From: Antedon mediterranea
Taxonomy: Eukaryota; Animalia; Echinodermata
Direction of reading: 5' to 3'
DNA: 64,000 bases
Assembly (NCBI RefSeq): GCF_964355755.1
Contig: NC_092670.1
Location: 26,150,795-26,214,794 of the forward strand
A program made the translations under genes and the position numbers. The notes below the pieces were generated by a model, which worked only from the letters and a program-made list of their open reading frames with translations, did not search any database and was not told the origin of the DNA. Below, in pieces: positions 14,415 to 25,400 of the stretch (position 1 is its first letter; each line of letters begins with the position of its first letter).

Positions 14415-15189
14415 TTATACCAAAAAAATAAATTGATTACAAAGTGACATGTCATTTCACCTATCACCAAAAAACTAACCTTTTCAACACTAATTAATTG
14501 TTACGAATCCAATTTATATTATATATTTCATTAAAACTGAACTTTACGGTAAATGAAGAGTAAGTATCAGTTAATATGAATAATATAACTAGTAGGTCTA
14601 TGAACTTGCGTCCAGACATAGAACTGTGAAATTACTATCGTAAATGTTGAAACCACTTATAAAACCTTTTTTTAAAGAAAATATAATTGTGTTAGGAGAA
14701 GGCTAATAAACAAATAGATAATGTACAAACCTTTTTCTGGATTAATTAATGGAGCAGGCGTTAATAATAATCTGCTGCTGCTACCTAGACTGATTGTTCA
14801 CCTTCTGACGATAATTGATTGGACCCCCCCCCCCCCGGCATCTGATAACCAAAAAAAAATTTACCAGGACTGTTTCAATGATTTAATATCTGACGGCGTA
14901 TTATTATAACCTTGGCCTAGATTGACAGTCAAAAGAAAGTCATTGTAAATACCTCCCTTTATGTTGACAGAGCCAAAATAAAGTTTTGACCATTATCGAA
15001 TGATTATTTGACAGTGACTTATTATAATACCGGCCTGGTTGACAGCAAAACGAAGTTATTATTTATTGAACAAGATTTTACAGATTTCCGTCTACATCTC
15101 AATAATACTGTATTATCAGCAAAGGCTTTCATATAGACTCTCTTCTCCCAGACGTTTTTTTGGGTCCAGCAGCTACCTATAAATTATAG

Positions 15190-15412
15190 TCGAGTTTCCA
15201 AATTCACAAAACTGTCAGCCTTAGATACTAAAGCTACCGCTATGAAACAGCTTATTAATGAATGTGTCCTCCTGGGACATAGCTGGCTAGAGCCGCGGCG
15301 CGAAAAACGAAGTCTGTCTTATCGTGGAGCAATTATATGGAATAGTCTCAATGTTGATACCCTTCCAAATTCAGTTAAGTTGTTTAAAACGTATCTGAAA
15401 AATGCATTGTAA
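15190..15412 (+). mobile_element. Decayed LINE ORF2 C-terminal fragment
   Basis: LGHSWLEPRREKRSLSYRGAIIWNSL...SVKLFKTYLK* resembles the CR1/L2-group ORF2 C-terminus. Confidence 0.6.
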
Positions 15413-15540
15413 AACATAATGGTATGGTAATCTACGATGGTGTACATCCAACTTTTAAAATGGCTAAATAATATGTAAAATGTGTGTTTTATCACTATTA
15501 TTTTAAGGTAAATGAAATCAAAAAGATTTATTATGTATTA

Positions 15541-15648
15541 CAGTAGAATCCCCATAAATTATACACTTCGATAAGGGTTTCCGTTTACACGTGAAGTACC
15601 GGTATAGTGTACCCTAAATAGAGGTGTCAGATGAAGGGGATTCTGCTG
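15541..15648. mobile_element. Tc1/mariner-pogo-type MITE
   Basis: TA|CAGTAGAATCCCCC ... GGGGGATTCTGCTG|TA. A similar element lies at ~41787-42078. Confidence 0.65.
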
Positions 15649-16056
15649 TAATTTTGTTTCTTTTCAATTTCAATTTTTTCGTTTCTGTCGTATTTATATG
15701 GTGTTGATTTTTTTGTGTAATACAGTATCACGAACTTGTGTAAAAATAATCAATATTGACTGAACGAGTTGTACTGCACATCAGTCTCGTGTCTAAATAA
15801 AGTTTATATAGGCCTATATATATATTCTCACGCAGATATGATAGGCTCAACACAGGCGTATAGCAGTGCGTACGGCGTAGGGCATATCTGATTGGTTCCC
15901 TCTCCATGGAGAATCACTTTTTGAACTGCGATAACACTGTTCTTTGCGATCTAGCCTTCGGCTATATAAAATCTTTGCACTGCGCACACCACCTCCCCCC
16001 CCCCCCCCTTCCCCTCTCTCTCTGATCCTCAGCTAGTAGCTCTCTGAAAACGAGGT

Positions 16057-16375
16057 GAGCGTCATTTCGACGATCGAACATTCTCTACTTCTACGGAGCG
16101 CCATTTATGCCTTTATTTACTTACGAAATAGAAATAGTACTACGGTAGCTGCCCCAGTGGACCAAATTTAGCACTAGTGGAGCGCAGTGATATAAAATAG
16201 AAATAAAATTAAAATTAGTGACTTATTTCTATTTTATATCACTGTGCTCCACCGGTGCTAAATTTGGTCAACTGGAGCAGTTACCGTAGTACTATTTCTA
16301 ATTCGGAAGTAAATAAAGGCATAAATGGCGCTCCGTAGAAGTAGAGAATGCTCGATCGTCGTCGAAATGACGCTC
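16057..16375. repeat. Foldback inverted repeat (~150-bp arms, 16-nt spacer) ending 42 nt before the DCTN2 ATG
   Basis: 16057-16206 is the near-perfect reverse complement of 16223-16375. Confidence 0.9.
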
Positions 16376-16417
16376 TGAATATACCTCGCGCTGAACAGTT
16401 AATCACAAAAACACAAG

Positions 16418-19400
16418 ATGGCGGACCCGAAGTACGAGAAATTACCTGGAATTGTACGTTTATTAATATCACACTTACATTTAACTTATTTTACTTAATT
16501 ACACTTATAATTATTATTATTACTTATTAGTATTATTATTGTTTAATGAATGTAAATAAATCTGAAAATGTCCTAGCCTAGGCCTAGGGCCTAGCTAGGC
16601 TAGCCTCTAGCTAGGCTAGCTAGGAGGCTACTAGCTAGGGCTAGCTAGCCTAGCTAGGCCCCTCCCTAGCTAGGGCGTAGCCTAGAGTAGGCTAGGCGAT
16701 CAGCCAGTGCGAGCCCAGACGTCTGTCTTGTGGCTACTGACGTTCGTTTGGTATGCTCTTTTCCCATTAGCTTGTTTTGTTGGTGACCTGCTGAGGTCTG
16801 TATTAAATATTATATACCGTTCCCAGGGCTCGATTTATCTTTTTCATGTTGCTAGCCCACTGGGCTAGTTCACTGTAGATTTCACTAGCCCATACAATAT
16901 TTTACTAGCCCACTCATATCGCACCACGTGATAGCAGGGCCGCCATATAAATTAATTCAGGCATTTTGTACAATAGAGGGCGCACTAATCTAAACGCTCG
17001 AGAATTGCTACACATTTACATACATACTGTATTAAACTATTATTAGGGAGGTTTCGCAATCTTACGAATACGATAACGTGTTCGTTATGAAAACGTATTT
17101 GTTTTCATAAGCCATAAAAAAATCTGTTTCGCATGGCAACGAAATATTGAGGCGCGTCCAAAATATGACTGCGGTAAATTTGAGCGAAGCGCAGGTACGT
17201 GTTGCTTGGTGCTTGGCTGCGCCTAGGCCTAGCGTAACATCAAAGCGAGTGAGGACTGCTATTTATCAAAATTTACTTGGCATTTTAGTAAATTACTTTA
17301 GTAAATTGCTTTAAATAAATCTATAATTATATAATCATGAATCATTCCTGATTCAAATGCAAAATATGCAAATAGATCAAAAACTATACTCGTTTTGTAG
17401 TTACGAATGACTGGTGATATTCGTCAACACAAATACGCTTTACGAATATGAAATGTGGATCAGCTCAAAAGTTTCACAAATGTATGACGTATCCGTTTTC
17501 GTCATCGTATTTGATTTGTAGGTTGGGAAACCTCCCTATTGCATGAAAAATTACACAAAATTTTATTTCTTTATTGTTCACACTATAAAAATTTTGCATC
17601 GCATAGTCTATTTCATGCTCACCATATTCACCATATTCACAGAATCGATTTATTGAGGTCTTTTTGTTGTTGGGCTTCAACCTAGCCAAGAAAACTAATC
17701 AGATTCTGTCTACCTTAGGCTAGGCCTAGCCTAGAGCCTATTATTATAGTAGGGTAGCTAGGATAGACAGGCTAGGCCTACCTAGCCTAGGGCCTAGATC
17801 GCATTGGAGCACCTGGCCTACTGTTACCAAAATTGTAGTACCTAGCTAGGCCTAGCTGCTGAGCAGCCATCACGATGGCATTTGATTCTATCTGGGCCTA
17901 CGCATATTATAAAATATGGCCTCTATGGCCTACCTACAGGGATAGAGCCAGCCACCCGGACCTCCAAAATATCCCTAGCTTTTATTTGATCTTCGACAAC
18001 CAGGCCTGACAAGACTAGACAAGTTATTTTTAACATTGACAAAATTCTACTACATTTGGCCAATCACAGTTCGTTATTTATGGTCATATTTTTGTGACAT
18101 GTTTGACCTGATAATGAAGCTCCGCGCGCCTACTTCACAATAACCTGGGTGACAACATAAATGGCCAATCATAATTCGGGATTATGAGAGGCTTCGCCTA
18201 CTTCATCACTTGTTATGGCCACACAGCAGCGCGCGAGTGGTTTTTTTTGCTGATATTGCCAAGACATATGTCTTTTATGCTGGAGTTATTTTTATGAGGT
18301 CAGTTCGTCCCAATTTCGAGTTCCTACAACCTACTAGCCATACGGGCTTAAAGGAAGATACTTTAGGTAGCCCGGAGCTGTTTTTACTAGCCATTGTACG
18401 CCGGGCTAGCACTAAATCGAGCCCTGCGTTCCACCAGTTATCGCGAACATACTTCGAGAAGAAAGTGAAGGAAGGAAAGCAGCCTTCTCTGTCCTTTTTG
18501 TATTTAAAGGCACAAGAATGCCATTTGTCTTGTAGATTTTTAGGCAACTCAACTTATTTACCAGCAGATTCACCCCCATAAAGGACTCTGTGTAATTTAA
18601 TCCTGGCAACCCTCCGTTCTCTTTAATTAAAGACGCCTTCCCTGCAATTTTGGGCGCTAATGCAGTTTCGTACCCACCCCTTAAAATTACTCAAAATCTT
18701 CATCCAACCTACTCACGAGTTGTCTACAACATTCTGCAATCATAAAATTGTAAAAAATCGATAATTTTTTATTTAAAACTATTTTTAATCAATTAATACT
18801 GAGCACCCTTCGGAAATTCATCGCCAGCTTAGATTCGCGAAAATCATCGCTAGGCCTGCCGATAAAAGTACGGAGGCCTCACAGGACATTAACTCTATAG
18901 AGTAAACAGTTGCGTTCTATAGAGGGCGTAGTTACTAACGTTTAAAGCACGCACCAAATAATTATAATTTTCATTATTTCCGACATGCGTTTCGTATTTT
19001 TAATAAAGAAAAGAAATACTATACAATTGCTGTATTCATCATTGTGGGTATCATCATAATTATGTTATATTGAATAAATTCATCTGGTTCCAAATAATAA
19101 TAACGTCACGAAGGTAATTTTATTCCTTTTCGTTGTCTTGGTTTAACAAAAAAGTAAAAATCCACAAAAATAATTATGTTATGTTTTCAATTTGTTCTTT
19201 CATTTTACTAGTAGAATTTCACACAGAAAAGAAGATAAATATGGAACTGCTGACTCTTGAAGATATAAGTACTGACCAATTTTCCTCTGTTTTAGTTTAT
19301 TTTACATTATGGTTTGTAGGTCAAATAAATAAATGAAATGAATAAAAAGAATTAAAAAACAGAAAGATATAATTTATTGAAATGTAATGTACAGTAATAC

Positions 19401-22400
19401 AATAATTATAATAAAAATGTTTTCCATCAATTACTAGAATTTATTTTACTTCTGCTGACACTGAATACATCATTTCATGTCTATTCATTAATTTATTTCA
19501 ACAATATTTTATGAGGGTGGTCCATCCAGCCGAAGCTGATCATTAGGGACCCTTACAAAAAATATAATTTGACAAGAGTAGACAATAACACACAACATTC
19601 AAAATAAATAGAATTCAACATAATTAAACACAAAATATTTCTTTATGAAAAAAACTTAAAATCCGTTTCACGAGGAACATGTAAAAAATATTTTATTATC
19701 GCCATAATATGATCATATAACAGCGTCCTCTATAGATCGATGCCCTATGAGGCCTCCGTACTTTCATCGGCAGGCCTAGCGATGATTTTCGCGAAGCTAA
19801 GCTGGCGATGGATTTCTGAAGGGTGCTCAATTATTAATTGATTAAAAATAGTTATAAATAAGAAATTATTGATATTTTACCATTTTATGCTTGCTGAATG
19901 CTGTAGACAACTCGTGAGTAGGCTAGATGAAGTATTGAAATCATTTGGAGTAATTTTAAGGGGTGGGTACGAAACTGCATTAGCGCCCAATTTTGGACGT
20001 TTTTTGGAAAATAATACATATATATCACTTTAAAAACATTAAACGATGTCATTCCTTGTCTTAAATGTACGTTTTATGGTAAATTATGATAAAAAGTGAG
20101 AAACAATGCACTACCTAAGTAGCTCGCGGCGATCGACCTCTAGTGGACGGTCTTAGGCCTAGCTAGGCTTAGTTTTGTAGGCCTAGCTGGTAAACATCGG
20201 TAACGTACGAACATCGTACGCTAGCTATATACCTATCCTGACGTTGTATAGTTGCTACATTAATTGTCTTTCTATTTTTGCCAGACTCCGTTGATACAAA
20301 TTGGGGAAAACCCGGTATTTTCGCTGAAAAGTTAGGAGTCTTCCATTTGTTTTGGCCTCACGATCGATCGAAAAGTGAGCGAATTACAGGTGAAAAACAA
20401 AAATATCAATCCGCACGCAATGCATTTTGGGATTTATAGCGGGCCGCTATTATCGCAATAGGACCATATAGTATTATTTTTACATTAAATATAGTTTGTG
20501 ATCTTAAATTAGATCTAAAAAACGTAGGGAAGGTGCTTTAATTTGTGCCAATGTTCGTCAGGGTTATAGTAACCAATTCTTCTCCAGTTGTTTCCAGACA
20601 CTGGATAGGCCTTGAGTAGGGTTTGAAATGTGTACAGCACGTATGCGCCCTAATAATTCACTTGATTTTTCCCTATACTTTTGAAGCAGATCAAGTTGTT
20701 TAGATGGTGACGATTCCCTTTATTGTGTAGTTAAAGGATAGCCAGCAGCGTTGCCAGCAATAAAATTTAAATTATGCCATATCCTGTCTCAAATAATGCC
20801 AGATTGGGAAAAATAATGCCAGATCCCCAAAATGTTTCCCTAAACAGCGCCACCAACGGTTGTATGTCTAATAAACGTTTGTAAAACCCCAACTGACACA
20901 AAATAGGGCCTAAAATTGTATCCCTATGTCGTTCAAAATTTATATTTTTAGTTTTGTGAGAAATAACTAATAATTCTAAAAATATCTGGGGTGCAAAAAT
21001 GGTAATTGCAAATGACACCAACACGAACCCACGCCCCCCCCCCCCCCACAAAAAAAAAAAACCTGTTACACATGGAAATTTAGAATTTTTGAGCTGAGAT
21101 ATGAGAGCTGCTCGATCTTGGCACTTAATTTAAAATATGAAAGGATCTTAGCCCACCATAATTATAAAATGGCAATTATATATTAAAGTGTCTCCCGGAC
21201 CTCAGCCCCACCATGGTTGATAAGAAAATTTGGAAAAATGCTACTTAATTTAAAATATGAAATAAAAATATATTTATTAGTGTTTCCAGAAACTTAGGCC
21301 ACCATAGTTCGAAAATGGCAGTTATAATGGAAAATAGGAAATAAAAATATATATTAAGTGTCTCCAGGACCTCAGCCCCACCATGGTTGGGGCTGAGGTA
21401 CGAAAATTTGGAAAAATAGAGCTGCTCGATGGCCGGAAATGGCACTTAATTTCAAATATGAAATAAAAATATATTTATTAGTACCTCCAGGATCTTAGCC
21501 CACCATAGTTCGAAAATGGCAATTATAATTTAAAATAGGAAATAAAAATATATAAGTGTCTTTAGGACCTCAGCCCCACCATGGTTGGGGCTGAGGTAAA
21601 AAAAATTGGAAAAATAGAGCTGATCGATGGGCGGAAATGGCACTTAATTTTAAATAAAAATTACCTCGCCCACTACTGGGGCTGAGAGGTGAAGAACATT
21701 TGGAAAAATAGGGTTGCTACGACGATTCAAATGGAACATAATTTGAAATATGGAAAACAAATTCTCTAGAAGAAATTCTTTTTAAAATTAGAGCTTCTAA
21801 GTTACCAGAAATTGACATTTTAAGGGTTGGGGTAGGGGTGCGGCCGCTTTATAATTATGAACTGAAAAAACAAAACCCCTTTCATAATGTTTTCGTTCAA
21901 TTGTCTCTACACCCGTGGGGATCCAATAACCTGCATGAACTCTGAAATAGAGCAACATAATTGGCCAATAGCTAGCCTCTTCGGATTTGTTGTACTGCCT
22001 ATAATATCGCACACACGGTAGTTTTCGAGCAGCCTTCCTATCCGAAGAGTCGATTAAGTCCGAAACGAAAGGATGGAAGAACTACTGTATTGTACGGAAA
22101 ACCCGAACAGATCTGTTTTGTACGATATGATATTGTATAAGGTGATAATATGTATTAAATTGCAAGATTTATAAACAAAATATTTTAATTTTGTTCTGTG
22201 GTATATTATTTTTTTGGTTGTTCAAAAAACACAAAATTATGCCAGATTATGCTAAAAACGGCTAAATAATGCCGCGGCATTATGCCAGATGCCGTGGGCC
22301 TCCAAATAATGCCAAAAAGCATAATAATGCCAGAAATGGCAACTATGATAGCCAGGAACGAAAATGTTCTGGCTTGTTATCGAATTTAATGATGCTTGTG

Positions 22401-25400
22401 AATTATCAAGTCTCTCCACGCAAAATTTTGAAGCCAACCAAGAGACTCATCATTAATTGCGTGTTGTTCCGACATCGGTTCAATTTTGGTCGCAGGCTTA
22501 ACCCTTGTGGGGTATGTTGGCGGGCTCATCCTTGAGAGCGGATGGTGTAAATTCTTTGGCGTGACCTAAAAGCTGGTGGCGCGAGAGCTCCATGGGAGGT
22601 GGAATTGGAAAACAAGCACACACAAAACTAGGCAGAGACAGGAGTCCTAAAAAACGAACTTAATCACTATCTAGTAGGTCTCCTATTGCACTGATTATAT
22701 AAAAAACATTTAGAATAACAACATTAAAAATGCATATAAATACTATATCAAAATAAATTAAAATATATTGCAATATCATTATCATTAAAAATCATCAATA
22801 CATAGCAAAATCTTACTTACAATAAATGTTAAGCTTATTCATAAAAGTCTTAATACCTGTATTTAAAATTAATACTGTAAATCTCTTATTTCTTCCGGTA
22901 GTCCCTCTCATGCACAGGGAAATATGTGGAAAATTGAGTATTTTAAACAATTTGTCCGAGCAAAAGGGTGTACGAATATGAGATGATCACTGTGACGCGG
23001 GTTGTGACAGGTTATCGGAGACTTAGCTCCATTTGGAAGTCTAGCTGTGATGATTCACTCTGATGTTTTACTTCTTGTTCGAGGTCTTGTGCTCTAGTCT
23101 CAACTGCAGCTACCATTTCTTCTTGTTCGAGATCAAGTTGAGCCTTCATAGCAACTGGCTTCGTTGCGAATAGGCTCGCAGAGCCTAGTGAAACATTGAT
23201 TGCATACTTTCAACTGAGTTAACTTATAGAATATGACTTTGAACCCCATTCCATGACGGAGTTGATAATAGCCTAAACCCGAAAGTTACAAGAATCAATT
23301 TAAGCACCTGCTTGATTAGAATAGTATACCCAGCTATAATATTAGTATTAATTGTTCACTTATTAGGTGATCATTTAGAATAAAATGATCACCTATTGTT
23401 ATTGTATGAAATCTTATTTTTTTTTCTTTTTATTGTTTCTGTACACTATTTTGTGACATAACAATTATCTCAAAAAGTTTAATGTCAGTGATTACCAAAA
23501 TTTCAGAATATCTTTCAAATAATATAACTTAATCCTAATAAGCTTTCCAGCATGATCACTCATCCGTGACGTCATTTATACGCCATTTTGCAAAATCACA
23601 TTATCAATCATATCTCCATAATTCATTATCACATATTAATGAAATTCACTACACGTAAACTTCAGGTCAAGGGTAAAAATATTAGCAAATAAAAACGCAC
23701 GCGCACGTAGGTAAATTAAAGTAAATTAAGTTTTGATCAATTTAGAGCATGAATTAGGCCATTTGCGTGTTCAAAAAATTACTGCGCAAAAAAAAGTTTT
23801 GTGCGCGCGATACTTAAAAAGCGTAAAAAATATGAATTTTGTTTACAAATCTCATTCTACTCACCATCTTAATAGTACATTCACCAAATTTGAGTCAGTT
23901 CCGACTTAAAATAATGCTATACGAGCAGGTTAAAAATGACAAAATGCGCAAATTAATTGCATCAAAGTGATGAAAATGGTGAAAAATAAGGCCTTTTTAA
24001 AATGAATATAACTGTTCAGAATGGCAGGTGACCCCCAATTTTTTTAACTTATTCGGGAAGCCATTGGGTTGTAGATACATATTCATGTACACATTAGACG
24101 TACAAAATGGTATGACGTCATCAAATGGCCACTTCAATTTAAAAATTAGTAATTTTTATCTTTTTGTGTGGGTTTTCACATTCAATAGAGCGCATCTCCG
24201 TTATTTGAGCCCGATTTTCGCAGAAATTTTAGTATTGTGCTTGGCTCAAATAATTATCTTTCTCATGAGTTGTCAACATTTTTATTTTGATGACGTCATC
24301 ACGCGGAAAAACTTAAATAATCTAGGTCGTGTAATTTCAGCTACACATACATTTGAATATCTTATAGCTCTTCAGAATTAAAGGTGACCTTGAAGATTAT
24401 AACTTATTATGAAAGCTGATGAAATGTAGATTTGAATTCATATAAAAATTAAGCCTATCGGATGTTGTGATGTTATCATATGGCCAGTTGAAGTTAAAAC
24501 GTTGTTTTTAAATTTCTTTAGTCGAAGTTATACAAATTTCAAAGAGCGCGCATTGCGCTTCTACGTGTCAAATTCTCTTCCAATCCTTATATTTATTTGC
24601 TCAATTCATTATCTTTCGAAATTGTCATCTTCGAGTTTATTTTGATAATTCCATCATACCAAAAAATTTGAACATGATGTGGGTCCCGTAATTTCACCTA
24701 TGCTACACTGTATATAGATATACAGTATATACAGTACTGTACATATTGTATATGACACATAATAGGTACAACTCAGCACTATAAGCGTATGCATCATGTC
24801 ATAGGATGGCGTACATCAACTTTTTACGATCGGATGTTAACGTACATGCATGTTTAAAAAGTGTTAATTTCATTAAAATGATAAAATGATCACCTATAAT
24901 TCGTCAAAGTGACGAATTAAATTCTAGTTGTACGTTTAATTTTGTTCATTCTCCAATAGAGAGTACAAGTTGAATACCTCCTTCATGGATTTTATTTTCC
25001 ATTCCATTGTCCAAATTGACGTAATGATGATTCTTTCATTGGCCTGACGCTCCACTTATATTGAGTATTAGCTTGTTGCAAAGGTCTACTTGGTGCCATA
25101 GTACTATGTTGTGGTCACTATTTGCTAGAGGAGCAATGATACATGGATCTTTAAAGTATGCAGCAATGTTGGTAATAATTTTGTCAAGTGTCACCCCTAG
25201 TCTGGTTGGTTTTTAACAACCTGTTTGTAATTTCCAACGGTGAGCCTAGATGTATCGATTTTGTTCATATCACCAGCAATTAAAATACCCGCATATGGAT
25301 GTTTGGTGATTATTAGATTCACTATTTGTTGAAGGCATCTCTCAAGCGTGTTTGACTTATTTGCAGAGGGGGGAGAATATACAGCACAATAAAATAGATA

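Larger units (their letters stand above)
18631..20537. mobile_element. Kolobok-like non-autonomous element (TTAA TSD)
   Basis: TTAA|AGACGCCTTCCCT ... AGGGAAGGTGCT|TTAA. An inverted partial copy at ~53590-54083 ends AGGGAAGGTGTCT|TTAA. Confidence 0.7.
18240..23200 (-). pseudogene. Degraded BEL/Pao LTR-retrotransposon gag, split by later insertions (pieces ~22348-22620, 20542-20745, ~18380-18626; outer limits approximate)
   Basis: Rejoined minus-strand peptides RDLII.SIIKFDNKPEHFRSWL|SF..TIKG..SPSKQLDLLQKY..RIRAVHISNPTQGLSSVWKQLE|GLPGLNY..GVN.LV.KLPKNLQDKW....KYK.....FPSFTFFSKYV resemble Pao-type gag. The reading runs across the hAT TSD. Confidence 0.75.

Noticed and set aside
11990-15412. LINE pieces at 11225-11995 and 15190-15412 as one split element
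   Set aside because: The second piece contains motifs that overlap the region already covered by the first, so separate copies are more likely.
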